Below the pieces are notes generated by a model. It was not told the origin of the DNA, searched no databases, and saw only the letters and a program-made list of their open reading frames with translations. The position numbers and the translations under genes were made by a program. This document shows, one piece after another, positions 21,651-32,236 of a DNA stretch of 64,000 nt (within the stretch, counting starts at the first letter, position 1; each line of letters starts with the position of its first letter). Origin of the DNA: an uncultured Gemmatimonadaceae bacterium. GTDB taxonomy: Bacteria; Gemmatimonadota; Gemmatimonadetes; Gemmatimonadales; Gemmatimonadaceae. The stretch spans positions 1,056,001 to 1,120,000 of the forward strand of contig OY970320.1 of NCBI GenBank assembly GCA_963716745.1. The letters run 5' to 3'.

Positions 21651-21748
21651 CCGGGAACCGATTACCGGGAACCGGTGAGGCATGACAACACATGGAGTTA
21701 ATGCCATGCGTTTGCATGCATCACCGGTTCCCGGTAACCGGTTCCCGG
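21651..21748. repeat. Hairpin with 7-mer-periodic arms (CCGGGAA/CCGGTTA)
   Basis: 28-bp arms 21651-21678 and 21721-21748 with one mismatch. Confidence 0.8.
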
Positions 21749-21767
21749 TTCTTTGCAGTTGACCGTC

Positions 21768-21788
21768 ACCTCTTGACAAACAAGAGGT
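21768..21788 (+). promoter_or_regulatory. Palindromic operator overlapping TTGACA, likely PadR site
   Basis: ACCTCTTG-acaaa-CAAGAGGT, about 40 bp upstream of padR. Confidence 0.65.
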
Positions 21789-21829
21789 AAGACGGCTACC
21801 CTGGGAGCACCCAACTACCCGGGGACCGA

Positions 21830-22166
21830 GTGGAAAACCCGAACACCGACGTCATCCAGGGCACCCTGGATCTCCTGATCCTCAAGACCCTGAGTCTCGA
21901 GCCGATGCACGGGTTCGGCATCGCGCGCCGCATCGAGCAGATCTCGCGCGGTGTGTTCAAGGTGAATCCGGGTTCCCTGCTCACCGCGCTCCAGCGTCTC
22001 GAGCGCGCCGGCGCGCTCGACGCCGCGTGGCGCACGACCGAGAATTCGCGCCGTGCGCGCGTGTACTCGCTCACCCGGTCCGGACGCCGCCAACTCGAGC
22101 ACGAGACCGCCGAGTGGACGCGCCGCACGTCGGCGGTGTCGCTCCTGCTGAGAACGGAGGGACTAG
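21830..22166 (+). CDS. PadR family regulator (ADOP-associated); stop obscured by a probable 1-bp error
   Basis: IQGTLDLLILKTL..PMHGFGIARRIEQ..VNPGSL..ALQRLE..W..TEN.RRARVY.LT..GR. Confidence 0.9.
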
Positions 22167-22170
22167 GCCG

Positions 22171-24867
22171 ATGTCGCTCTGGCGTCAGCTCACCGCCGGC
22201 CTGCGCGTCCTCACGCGCCGCAACGCCGCCGATCACGATGTGCGCGACGAGGTCGCGGATTTCTTCGATCGCGCGGAAGCCGAGCAGCGCGCGCGCGGTC
22301 TCTCGCCGGAGGACGCGCGCCGCGCCGCCCGCCTCGAGATCGGCAACGAGACCATGGCGCGAGAGCAAGTGCGCGGCTTCGGCTGGGAGAACCTCGTATC
22401 GACGTTCTTCGCCGACCTGCGCCACGGCGCGCGCCAATTGCGCCGCGCGCCCGGCTTCACGGCCGTCACGGTGTTCACGCTCGCACTCGGCATCGGCGCC
22501 ACCACCACGATCTTCAGCGCCGTGAATCCCATCCTGTTCCGCGCGCTCCCCTACCCGCATGCCGAACGCATCCTCTCGATCTACGACGCGGGCGACGGCG
22601 GCGCGCATCAGATGGGCACGTTCGCCACCTACACCGAGCTCGCCGCGCGGAATCACACGCTCGACGCGATCGCGGTGATGAAACCCTGGCAGCCGACGCT
22701 CACCGGATCCGGCGAGCCCGAACGGCTGGAGGGTCAGCGCGTGAGTGCGAGCTACTTCCGCGTGCTCGGGATCGCGCCGGCGATCGGCCGCGACCTCAGC
22801 GCCTCCGATGACCGGCAAAACGGCCCCGCCGTCGTGCTGCTCAGTGACGAGCTCTGGCGCCGGCGCTTCAATGCCGACCCCGCGATCGTGGGGCGCATCG
22901 TCAGCCTCAATGACAACAGCTTCACGGTGATCGGCGTCATGCCGCGTGGATTCGCGAACATTCCGTCGCCGGGCGCCGCGCTCTGGGCGCCGCTCCAGTA
23001 CGACATGACGCAGCCCGGTGCATGGGGGCACCATCTGCACACGATCGCCCGCCTGCGTGAGAACGAGACCGTCGAGCGAGCGCGCGATGATCTCAACGGC
23101 ATCGCGCGGTCGCTCGTGGTGAAGCAGCCGCAGGCCTTCGGCCATCCGGCGCAGGGCGTGACACTGCTGCAGGCCGAGACAACGCGCGATGTGCGCCCCG
23201 CACTGTTCGCCGTGCTCGGCGCGGCGCTCCTCGTGTTGATCATTGCCTGCGTGAACGTGATGAACCTCCTGCTGGCTCGCGGCGTGATGCGGGAAGGCGA
23301 GTTCGCGATGCGCGCCGCGCTCGGCGCAGGCCGCGGGCGCATGGTGCGCCAGCTGCTCACCGAGTGCCTGCTGCTCGCGGCACTCGGCGGCGCGGCCGGA
23401 CTCGCGCTCGCGCAGTTCGGAATGCGCGCGGTGGCGGCGCTCACTCCGCCCGACCTGCCGATGGCGAACGCGATCGCGCTCGACAGCTCCGTCTTCGCGT
23501 TCGGGTTCGCGCTGACAGCGGTGGTCGCCCTCAGCTTCGGCTTGCTCCCGGCGATGCGAGTCGCGCGCGGCGGGTTGAACAACCCATTGCAGCAACTCTC
23601 GCATCGCACCGCGGGTGGCCATCACACGGCGCGGCGCGCGCTCGTCGTGGCGGAGGTCGCCCTCGCGCTCGTGCTGCTCGTCGCTTCCGGCCTCATGCTG
23701 CGCACGCTTGAGCGGTTCTTCTCCGTGCCCCCGGGCTTCGATGCGTCGCACGTGATCACGATGCAGGTGCAAACCGTGGGTCACCGCTACGATGCGGACA
23801 GCGCCACGTTCCAACTGTTCGCGCGCATGCTCGGCGCCGTCCGCGAGGTGCCGGGCGTGACCGCCGCCGGCTTCACGAGCCAACTGCCGCTGAGCGGCGA
23901 TGACGATGTGTACGGCGTGCACCTCGAAGCCGACGACGCACCCACCGAGGATGCGCAGGCATTCCGCTACGGCGTGAGCGCCGGATATCTCGAGACAATG
24001 GGCATCCCGCTGCGCCGTGGCAGGCTGCTCGATGCGCGCGATGCCATCGGCGCGCCCGGCGCGGTGCTGATCAATGAATCGTACGCGCGGCGCAAATTCC
24101 CCGGTGAGGATCCCGTGGGCCGGCGCGTGCATGTGGGGCCCACCGATCGACCGTGGTACACCATCGTGGGCGTCGTGGGCGATGTGAAGCAGCAGTCGCT
24201 GGCGGCGTCGCGGTCCGACGCGGTGTATCTGCCCACCGAGCAGTCGTGGTTCGCGGACCACACGCTGTGGCTCGTCGCGCGCACGCGCGGCGACCCGGCT
24301 GCGCTCGCGCCCGCGATCCGGGCCGCGATCTGGAGCGTGGACCACGACCAGCCGATCGACCGCGTGGCGACGATGACCGATCTGCTCGCGCGGTCGGGCG
24401 CGCAACGCCGTTTCGCTATGGTGCTCTTCACCGCGTTCGCGATCGTCGCGCTCGTGCTGGCGGCCGCCGGCATCTACGGCGTGCTCTCAGGAAGCGTCAC
24501 CGAGCGTACACGCGAGATCGGCGTGCGCGCGGCACTCGGCGCTTCGCGCGGCGAGATCCGGAATCTCATCATGCGCCAGGGCATGACGCTCGCGGGCGCC
24601 GGCGCGATCCTCGGGATCATCGGCGCGATGGCCGCGAGCCGCGCACTCGTCACGATGCTCTTCGGCGTGTCGCCGCTCGACCCCGCGACGTATATCGGCG
24701 TCAGCGCACTGCTGCTCGCGGTCGCCGCGCTCGCGTGCTGGCTTCCGGCGTGGCGCGCGGCACGAGTGGATCCGGGGATAACATTAAGAGCGAGAGTGAA
24801 CGACCGGAAACCGATTGCTGGTTTGCAACCGATGCGGCATGCGAGCATCGGAACAATGCAGACATAG
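22171..24867 (+). CDS. ABC transporter permease, ADOP type with N-terminal prefix domain (natural end probably ~24798)
   Basis: GLSPEDARRAARLEIG prefix; ADLRHGARQLRRAPGF; RTREIGVRAALGA; ARVDPGITLRA followed by readthrough. Confidence 0.9.
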   Translation: MSLWRQLTAGLRVLTRRNAADHDVRDEVADFFDRAEAEQRARGLSPEDARRAARLEIGNETMAREQVRGFGWENLVSTFFADLRHGARQLRRAPGFTAVTVFTLALGIGATTTIFSAVNPILFRALPYPHAERILSIYDAGDGGAHQMGTFATYTELAARNHTLDAIAVMKPWQPTLTGSGEPERLEGQRVSASYFRVLGIAPAIGRDLSASDDRQNGPAVVLLSDELWRRRFNADPAIVGRIVSLNDNSFTVIGVMPRGFANIPSPGAALWAPLQYDMTQPGAWGHHLHTIARLRENETVERARDDLNGIARSLVVKQPQAFGHPAQGVTLLQAETTRDVRPALFAVLGAALLVLIIACVNVMNLLLARGVMREGEFAMRAALGAGRGRMVRQLLTECLLLAALGGAAGLALAQFGMRAVAALTPPDLPMANAIALDSSVFAFGFALTAVVALSFGLLPAMRVARGGLNNPLQQLSHRTAGGHHTARRALVVAEVALALVLLVASGLMLRTLERFFSVPPGFDASHVITMQVQTVGHRYDADSATFQLFARMLGAVREVPGVTAAGFTSQLPLSGDDDVYGVHLEADDAPTEDAQAFRYGVSAGYLETMGIPLRRGRLLDARDAIGAPGAVLINESYARRKFPGEDPVGRRVHVGPTDRPWYTIVGVVGDVKQQSLAASRSDAVYLPTEQSWFADHTLWLVARTRGDPAALAPAIRAAIWSVDHDQPIDRVATMTDLLARSGAQRRFAMVLFTAFAIVALVLAAAGIYGVLSGSVTERTREIGVRAALGASRGEIRNLIMRQGMTLAGAGAILGIIGAMAASRALVTMLFGVSPLDPATYIGVSALLLAVAALACWLPAWRAARVDPGITLRARVNDRKPIAGLQPMRHASIGTMQT

Positions 24868-24947
24868 ATGGTCAGACGGAGACGTTAGTAATACTCCCGC
24901 AGTTGCCTGCGAAGTCGAAGCTAAAGACTCAGGCGTCGAATCGAAAG

Positions 24948-26644
24948 TTAGAGCGCCGCCGTCAGATACAGGAACGGCCCATTCAGTTGGTATTCGAGCC
25001 GACAGCACGTCTCCGTTCCGCAGCGTCTTGTTGATGTCGGCGTTCAGGAAATGATATCCGGCGCCGATACCGTAGTTCTTGAACGCGAACCACTCCAACG
25101 CGAGGCGATCGTCGGTCACATTCCCGGCATAGCCCGAGACATCGAAGGGCAGCAGCTCGGCCGGAATGCTCACGAACAGCGATGGACGCCGGAGCCAAGT
25201 CGCCGTAGAGGCCGAGGAGCGGCACCGCCGCGCCGATCCCCGTACCGTTCACGGACGTCTGGCCTCCCTCCGGATGCGCTTGATGCCGAAGTTCACGGCG
25301 CTCGCCACATAGTCGATGCCGATTCCCGCACCCACCTGCCAGCTCTGCTTTCTGCCAGATGTAGTAGCGATAGGTGAAGCCCGAATAGTGGAAATTCGTC
25401 TTGGATGTCATGTGCCAGGCCCGGCGACATAGGTCGAGTCACCGAAGTGGATCGTGTCCGTGAGCGTCCGTTCTCCGCGCCGGATGACATTGAAGTACTC
25501 GAACGTGACCATATTCTTGTTCCCCCACTGGAACTCCGCGTGGAGGTCAATGTCGCTGCGAGCTCGACGGCAGGCCGAGCTTCTCTCCAGGTCGAGCCCG
25601 GGGCCGGACTGAGAGTTGTTGGTGAATTGCATCTTCGAATTGACCGCCGGCCCGATATCCGCCAATCGCGAATTGCCAGGGATGCGGCACCAGACCGTAG
25701 CGCGGGAGGCTGTCGGGGTACGGCGGCTCGTGCGAGTCGATCGGCGCGGCACCGGCGACGGCGCGCCGAACGCCGCCTTGAGGTAGAGTGACGGCCCCTC
25801 GATCGCGTACTTGTACGTCAGTTCCGCGCCGTCGTCGAAGAACTTGTTGGCGGTGAGGCCCACATAGTGATACGACAGTCCGAAGCCGTAGTTGTGGAAC
25901 GGGTAGTACTCCGCCGCGATACGGTTGTCCGTCACCGAACCGCCGTAGCCCGCCACATTGTTGATGTACAGCATTTGGAGATCGCCGCGGAGGAAGAACT
26001 TGGGAATGACCTCCACATCGCCGTAGAAGCCGACCATCGGGGCCGGGCGCATGAAGTTCCCGCTCTTCTGCCGCGCTGTCGGCCTGCCCTTGCACCGTTG
26101 GCCTTGATCCCGAGACTCCCCGAGAGGCTGAACGCATCAATCCCGAGCCCGGCGCCGAACTCCCACTTCTCGCGCCGCCAGAATGTAGTAGCGGTACTGG
26201 CATGCCGTAGTACTGCATGGCCGTCGCTGCGTCAGACGTGGCTCCCGCGTGGTAGACTTCACCTCCGAAAACGATGCTGTCCTCGAGGGTCTTCGAGGCG
26301 CCACGATTCAAATGGAAATAGTCGAACGTCAGCATCTGCTTCTTGCTGAGACGGAAGGTCGCAAGCGCTTCGAAGTTCTGGGTGGTGGACTGCAACCCCA
26401 GCCGCTTCTCGAGATCGACCCCGTGCCCTCCAGCAGCGCGGTGGAGAATTGCGTCTTGGAGGAGATCGCCGGCAGGAACGCGCCGGCCGCGACCGTGAAC
26501 TTCGCGGGGAGTTCGCCGTAGCGGTGCGTGGTGTCCGGTTCGGGTTTCGTCTTGGCTTTGGCTCGAATCGCCTCTCTTGCGCGAGCGCGGACGCGGCGCC
26601 GAGAGCCAGCATGCGAGCGCGGCCAACTGCGAACGAACGACCAT
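24948..26644 (-). CDS. Outer-membrane beta-barrel protein with two tandem homologous barrel domains; many frameshifts (possible pseudogene)
   Basis: Signal peptide MVVRSQLAALACWL; both halves show DLE..LGL, F.YF...R....TL.D.I.FG, YRYYI, P..G.YGD, GY.G.VTD.R.A.E...F.NYG.G..YH, GP.LYL.AA. Confidence 0.7.
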
Positions 26645-26832
26645 GCGACTCCCGGGATCCAGAAAGATCGGGTGCGAATTCAATCAATACTATCAGTCTT
26701 CGAGCGGCGTCTGCGCCACTGCTGGCATAGGACTTAGGGCCTATTTCCCGGGCGAGGCCAGGTGCGATATTGCCGCCGGGCCGCCAGGTAAAGGCTGGCG
26801 GCGCCCAATGACTACGCCACAGGAGATACGAC

Positions 26833-27850
26833 ATGAAGCTCACGCACTTGGGACCCATGGTCGGCGCGCTCGCCGCGGCGGCCCTTCTGGCCGCCGGGGC
26901 CGGCGCGCAGACCGACCCGTTGCCGTCGTGGAACGAAGGCAGCGCGAAGGTGGCGATCGTCTAGTTCGTCGCAGGGCACCACGACGCCCGGCAGCTCGAC
27001 CTTCGTTCCGGCGGAAGAGCGGATCGCTACGTTCGACCAGGACGGCACGCTCTGGGTGGAGCATCCGATGTACTCGCAGCTCTTCTACATCTTCGATCGC
27101 GTGCCGGCGGTCGTGAAGGCGGACCCGAAGCTCGCGAACGTCGAGCCGTTCAAGACAGTGATGTCGAAGAACACGGAAGCGATGTCGAAGCTCACCGTGC
27201 CGGATCTCGAGAAGCTCGCCGGCGCGACACTCTCCGGCATGAGCATGGACGATTTCCACGCGCAGGTAAATGCGTGGCTCGCGGCGGCGACGGATCCGCG
27301 CTGGCACAAGCACGTCACCGATCTCACGTACCAGCCGATGAAGGAAGTGATGGCGTACCTGCGCGCGAACGGGTACAAGACATACATCGTCACCGGCGGT
27401 GGGCAGGATTTCGTGCGCGTGTATGCGGATGCCGTATACGGCGTGCCGCCCGAGCAGGTGGTGGGCAGCGCCGGCGAAGTGAAATACGTGTTCCCGAACG
27501 GCGGCACGCCGCATTTGGTGAAATTGCCGAAGATCATCGTGAATGACAACGACGCCGGCAAGCCGGAAGCGATCCACTTGATGATCGGCCGCCGCCCCTA
27601 CGCCGCCTTCGGGAATTCGACGGGCGATCAGCAGATGTTGGAATACACGAAGGGCGGAACGGGAATGCGGCTGTCGATGATCGTGCTGCACGACGACGCC
27701 GAGCGCGAATATGCCTACGGACCTGCGACCGGATTGCCGGACACGAAGGTGGGGACATTCACGCAGGGGTTGTATGACGAGGCGTTGAGGGGAGGATGGA
27801 TCGTGATATCGATGAAGCGAGATTGGAAGAAGATATTCACTTGGGAGTAG
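26833..27850 (+). CDS. Secreted HAD-family hydrolase / acid phosphatase (in-frame TAG ~26962 and frameshift ~26975)
   Basis: AGGAG RBS; signal peptide; DPLPSWNEG; FDQDGTLWVEHP; TYIVTGGG; AFGNSTGD; LHDDAEREYAY. Confidence 0.9.
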
Positions 27851-27864
27851 GTGTTGTGGCATTT

Positions 27865-28023
27865 CTGTTGACTGTAGACTGTCGACTGTAGACTGGCAGT
27901 CACTCGAGGACTGTTTACTGTCTACTGCAATTCAAACGGCCTGGTGCTCGGAAGCCACCAGGCCGTTGGAATTGCAGTCACCAGTCAACAGTGATCCAGT
28001 GCACGACAGTCAACCGTCAACAG
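27865..28023. terminator. Large hairpin with GACTGTN heptamer flanks between convergent genes
   Basis: Inner stem actgcaattcaaacggcctggtg / caccaggccgttggaattgcagt (27924-27978); flanking gactgta/gactgtc and cagtcaa repeats. Confidence 0.7.
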
Positions 28024-28031
28024 CACTGCGA

Positions 28032-28781
28032 CTACCGACTAAACTCCACGCGGACACCCAATACGTATGTCTTCGTCGCCGGCTGGAAGAGTTCGGTGAC
28101 GCCATATTTCGGCCCGCTCACGTGCACCACGGGCGATTCGGGGAATCTGAACAGATCGGCATATGCGATGAGCGCCCATTTACGCTCGAAGCGATAGCCC
28201 AAGGTCGCCGATCCGCCGATCGCATTGCCCGGCGTGATGACCGGATCCTGTTCGAATCCGAGCGCATTGAGATTCGCATCCAACTGCGCCCACACCGGCC
28301 GATTGAGGCGCAGCCCCGCAGTGACGCCGGGGCCCATCGCATTGTATTCGGCGCCGAGGGCGAGATAGACCACGCTATAGTTCTCCTCCTGCTTCGTATT
28401 CAATTCGCGCCGCCAGAATTCGCCGCCGAGGGCGCACACGATATCCACGCGATCCGTGAACCGATAGCGCCCCTGGATCTCCTGCATCGTTCCGAAGTAG
28501 CCGGTCACGCTGGTGGCGGGGTTGCCATTGAAGAGTCCGGCGCCGGAGTACTGGGCCGCGCCGCCGTAGAGCTTGCCTCGATAGGCGAACAACAGCCCGC
28601 TCGCGACCGGCTGCGTGTAGCCGGCGTCAAAGCCCAGCAGCAGCCCCGCCTCCACCACCGCGATCGGCTGGATGGCTTCGGACCAGTGATAGTACGCAGT
28701 GCTGCCGCCCAGATACCACTGCGCCGGGGCGCGAAATGCCACGGCCGCGAGCAGCACGGCGGTCACGAGGCATTTAGGCAT
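28032..28781 (-). CDS. Outer-membrane beta-barrel protein
   Basis: Signal peptide; alternating aromatic beta strands; C-terminus YVLGVRVEFSR. Confidence 0.75.
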   Translation of the reverse strand: MPKCLVTAVLLAAVAFRAPAQWYLGGSTAYYHWSEAIQPIAVVEAGLLLGFDAGYTQPVASGLLFAYRGKLYGGAAQYSGAGLFNGNPATSVTGYFGTMQEIQGRYRFTDRVDIVCALGGEFWRRELNTKQEENYSVVYLALGAEYNAMGPGVTAGLRLNRPVWAQLDANLNALGFEQDPVITPGNAIGGSATLGYRFERKWALIAYADLFRFPESPVVHVSGPKYGVTELFQPATKTYVLGVRVEFSR

Positions 28782-28832
28782 GGGGAATGATACGCGTTCC
28801 GGGACAGTTGGGTCCCGCTCGAGCGCTGCTCC

Positions 28833-29216
28833 CTACCGCCCGCCGAATCTCGTGGACGCCTCGGCCACCGCCGCAAGCAGCCGCGTCTCGTCGAACGGCT
28901 TGAGCAGGAAACCGGCGCCAAGATCCGCGGCGCGGCGCGCGATGCCCGCGTCGCCGGATGCGGTGATGAACACGCAGGGCACTCCGGGATGATGCACCGC
29001 CAGCTGTTCCTGCACTTCGAAGCCGGACATGCCGGGCATTTGGATGTCTACCAGCACGATGTCGGGCACACTCCCGCGCGACCAGGCCAGGAATTCGGGC
29101 CCGGAGGTGAATGCCGCGCTGGTGTAGCCGAAGGAACGGAGTAAGCGGCCCAATGCTTTCCCGACTTCCGCTTCGTCGTCTACGATCGCGATGAGCTGCG
29201 CCGGATCAGCCATCAT
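28833..29216 (-). CDS. Stand-alone response regulator receiver
   Basis: IAIVDDE; VDIQMPGMSG; FITAS; FLLKPF. Confidence 0.95.
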   Translation of the reverse strand: MMADPAQLIAIVDDEAEVGKALGRLLRSFGYTSAAFTSGPEFLAWSRGSVPDIVLVDIQMPGMSGFEVQEQLAVHHPGVPCVFITASGDAGIARRAADLGAGFLLKPFDETRLLAAVAEASTRFGGR

Positions 29217-29263
29217 TCCGTACATAGCGCTAGAAAGCTCGTCGCGGATATTGGACGAAAGGG

Positions 29264-29890
29264 CTACCCGGCGGGGTCAATGTGGGCGGTCTGGGCGACG
29301 CGCACGAGATCCGCGACCGACTGGACGCCCATCTTGGACATGACGCGTCCGCGGTGGACCTTCACGGTCTTTTCGGTGGTGCCGAGGTCGGCGGCAATGC
29401 GTTTGTTCGGTTTGCCGGCAATGACGTGGCGCATCACCTCTTGCTCGCGCGGCGTGAGCGCGGCGAAATTCGATTCGATCGCGGCGCGCGCACCGGAAGC
29501 GCGCCGCGCAGCGCGATCGGTCTCGATCGCCGCGCGCACGGCGGGCACGAGCACATCGGCGGTGGCCGGTTTCGTGAGGAAGTCCACGGCACCGGCTTTC
29601 ATTGCACGCACGCTCGTGGGGATGTCGCCGCGGCCGGTGAGGAAGATCACAGGCGTCGAGCGGCCGCGCGCCAGGAGTTCGCGCTGGAGGCCCGGCCCAT
29701 CGAGGCCGGGCAGCGACACGTCGAGCACCAGGCATGCGGGTGCGGGCGGTTCATCGGCGGCAAGGAACGCCTCGCACGACTCGAACGCCCGCACCGCGAG
29801 ACCTTCCGCGCGCAGCAGCCGCGCGAGTCCGGTGCGCACCGCCGCGTCGTCATCCACCAGGAACACCATCGATTCTTCGGCCATCGTCAC
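29264..29890 (-). CDS. FixJ/NodW-type LuxR response regulator
   Basis: VFLVDDD; LDVSLPGLDG; GAVDFLTKP; LTPREQEV..NKRIAADLG.TEKTVKVHRGRVM.KM. Confidence 0.95.
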   Translation of the reverse strand: MTMAEESMVFLVDDDAAVRTGLARLLRAEGLAVRAFESCEAFLAADEPPAPACLVLDVSLPGLDGPGLQRELLARGRSTPVIFLTGRGDIPTSVRAMKAGAVDFLTKPATADVLVPAVRAAIETDRAARRASGARAAIESNFAALTPREQEVMRHVIAGKPNKRIAADLGTTEKTVKVHRGRVMSKMGVQSVADLVRVAQTAHIDPAG

Positions 29891-32145
29891 TTGAGGCTCT
29901 CCACGGCTGGCAGTTCGAACGCGAACGTCGCGCCGCCTGATTCGTTGTTCTCGCCGTACAATCTGCCACCCTGCGCCTCGATGAGCGAGAGGCTGATGGC
30001 CAGCCCCATCCCCATGCCGCCCCGCTTGCTCGTGGAGAACGGGGTGAACAGCCGCTCGCGCATGTCCGCACGGATGCCGGTGCCACGGTCGATCACCTCG
30101 ACGCGCACCACGCCGTCGGGCGCGGACGCGCGCACGGTGACCGCAGCATCCGTCCGCGCCGACTCTTCCGTACTCTCGAACGCGTTCAGCAGGAGGTTGA
30201 GCAGCACCTGCTCGATGTGCACACGATCGGCCGAGACCATCGGCAGCCCGTCAGGTGTCTCGACCGCGATCGCGACGTGGCGCACCAGCGACTCCCCGCG
30301 CACGATCGCCACGGTGCGCTGCACGACATTCCCGAGATTGAGCAGCTCGACGCGTCCCGATCCGCTCGCGAAGTGGGCGCGCAGACGGCTGATCACGTCC
30401 GCCGCGCGCTGATCCTGCGCCGCGATGTCGGCGAGGATGTCGCGGATCTCTGCGATGTCCGGATTCTCGCGGGAGACGAGACGCATTCCGGCTTGCGCGT
30501 TCGCCAAGATGGACGCGAGCGGTTGGTTCAATTCGTGGGTGATCGACGCCGAGAGATGCCCTGCGGTCGCGGCGCGCGCGAGGCGGGCGATCTCGCGGCG
30601 CTCCTTCTGCAACTCGAGCTCGGCATTACGGCTGGTTGTGATATCGCCGGCGGCGCCGACGATGCGAACGCCCTGCCCCGGCTCATCTTCCACTTGTCCG
30701 CGCGCGGCGATCCAGCGAACGCCGCCGTCGGGGTGCCGCACGCGGTATTCGATGTCGAGCGGTTGGCGCGTGGCAAGCGTATGGTCGATCGCCGCGCGCA
30801 GCGCACTGCGATCCGCGGGCTCGACGGACGCGAGGTACGCCGAGAAGGTGAGTTTCTCGTCGCGCGGCATGCTGGCGGCCTCGCGTGCCTCGGGCGTGGC
30901 CCAGATCTCATCCCGCGCCACATCCAGGATCCAGACGCCCCCGCGCGCCGCGCGTGACGCCATGCGCACGAGATGCTCGCTCTCGCGCAGTTCGGCGAGC
31001 GCGCGCCGCCGCGCGCGCCGCTCCACCAACAGCAGGAGGATGAGCGTCGCCTGGATGATGATCGCCCCGCCCGCGGCGATCACCGTGAGGCGATGCTCCT
31101 CCCACAACGATGGCGCGCGGTAGCGCACGATCGTATTCGGCGGCAGCCGTGACTCGGGAATATTCCACCGTTTGAGCTCGCGCCAATCGACCATCGGACG
31201 CGGCGCCAGCGGCTCCGCGCGCGCCACCGACTTGGGCGCCGCACCGTGGAGGATCTCGAGTCCCATGTCGGCCGCTGCGTGGCCCATGTCGCTGAACACG
31301 GCCATGGCGCCGCCCACGATGCCGCGTCCCATGTACGGATCGGCATAGGCGTACATCGGCGCGCGGCTCGACGGCTGGAGCAGTTGCAGCGCGCGCGCCG
31401 GCGTGTACGTCGTGCCGGCCGAGTCCGCGAACATGGCGATGAACACGATCGCCGTATGGTCGGGCAGTTGGGCGACGCGCGTGCGCAACTCGGCCATCGT
31501 CAGGCCCGTCAGGTACGTGAACGGATATTCACGTTCGAACGGTGCGGCCTGCTTCCTGAAGTCGGCAAGGAAATGCAGGTCGCGAGGCGACGCGCCGTTC
31601 ACAACGAGGAACCGCTGCGTCTCGGGCTGCAAGCGGAGCACCAACTCGATGGTGCTCGCGGCCGGCCAAATGCTGCGCACCCCGACGATACGCGCATCCG
31701 GCATACTCGCCGGGAGTTCGTCATCCGTGACAGCGATGTACACGATCGGTACGTTCGGGAACAACACACGGCGATTCTTGATGAGGTACAGCAGTGCCGG
31801 TCCGCCGGCAGAGATGATCAGATCGGGCGCCCTGCCGCGGTACCGCGCCTGTAGGTATTCCCGCTCCATGTCGGAGCGCACGGTGCCCGGCAGACGCGAA
31901 ACGTCCAGATATTCGGGCTGGATCTCCAGATGGAACGATGAATCGGTCGCGAACCGCTGGCGGAGCGCCGAGTCCATCGCGACGTTCGCGGGGATCAGGC
32001 GCTCGTCGGAGTACAAGACGAGCACGCGCTTCGTGGGCGGCGCGACCGCCGCGGGCTCGAGGGATGGCTCCTGCGCGCTGAGAACGTATGACGCGAAGCT
32101 CAGTGCGGCGAACGCGCGGCGCAGGGATACGGCGGGCAACATCAC
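29887..32145 (-). CDS. Sensor histidine kinase (periplasmic ABC-substrate-binding-like domain, PAS, HisKA/HATPase)
   Basis: TM after PSLWEEHR; EYRVRHPDGGVRWIAARG (PAS); ITHELNQPL; QVLLNLLLNA; D.GTG; FSTSKRGGMGMGLAI. Confidence 0.95.
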   Translation of the reverse strand: MMLPAVSLRRAFAALSFASYVLSAQEPSLEPAAVAPPTKRVLVLYSDERLIPANVAMDSALRQRFATDSSFHLEIQPEYLDVSRLPGTVRSDMEREYLQARYRGRAPDLIISAGGPALLYLIKNRRVLFPNVPIVYIAVTDDELPASMPDARIVGVRSIWPAASTIELVLRLQPETQRFLVVNGASPRDLHFLADFRKQAAPFEREYPFTYLTGLTMAELRTRVAQLPDHTAIVFIAMFADSAGTTYTPARALQLLQPSSRAPMYAYADPYMGRGIVGGAMAVFSDMGHAAADMGLEILHGAAPKSVARAEPLAPRPMVDWRELKRWNIPESRLPPNTIVRYRAPSLWEEHRLTVIAAGGAIIIQATLILLLLVERRARRRALAELRESEHLVRMASRAARGGVWILDVARDEIWATPEAREAASMPRDEKLTFSAYLASVEPADRSALRAAIDHTLATRQPLDIEYRVRHPDGGVRWIAARGQVEDEPGQGVRIVGAAGDITTSRNAELELQKERREIARLARAATAGHLSASITHELNQPLASILANAQAGMRLVSRENPDIAEIRDILADIAAQDQRAADVISRLRAHFASGSGRVELLNLGNVVQRTVAIVRGESLVRHVAIAVETPDGLPMVSADRVHIEQVLLNLLLNAFESTEESARTDAAVTVRASAPDGVVRVEVIDRGTGIRADMRERLFTPFSTSKRGGMGMGLAISLSLIEAQGGRLYGENNESGGATFAFELPAVESLK

Positions 32146-32236
32146 ATTAGAAGATGAGGCGTGTCCCGCCAGAGCGCAAAGCGGGCGGCCCCGGAAGGGA
32201 CCGCCCGCTCGAGCATTCTCTGCTGCGTGCCGCGAG

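Noticed and set aside
21830..22525. Extended 231-aa PadR overlapping the permease
   Set aside because: PadR homology ends at ~22160, and a 1-bp slip before TAG explains the readthrough.
21796..24405. Long antisense or alternate-frame ORFs (e.g. 869 aa here, 6915-9104, 33464-35866, 56610-58892)
   Set aside because: Arg/Ala-rich shadow ORFs opposite well-supported genes, as expected at high GC.
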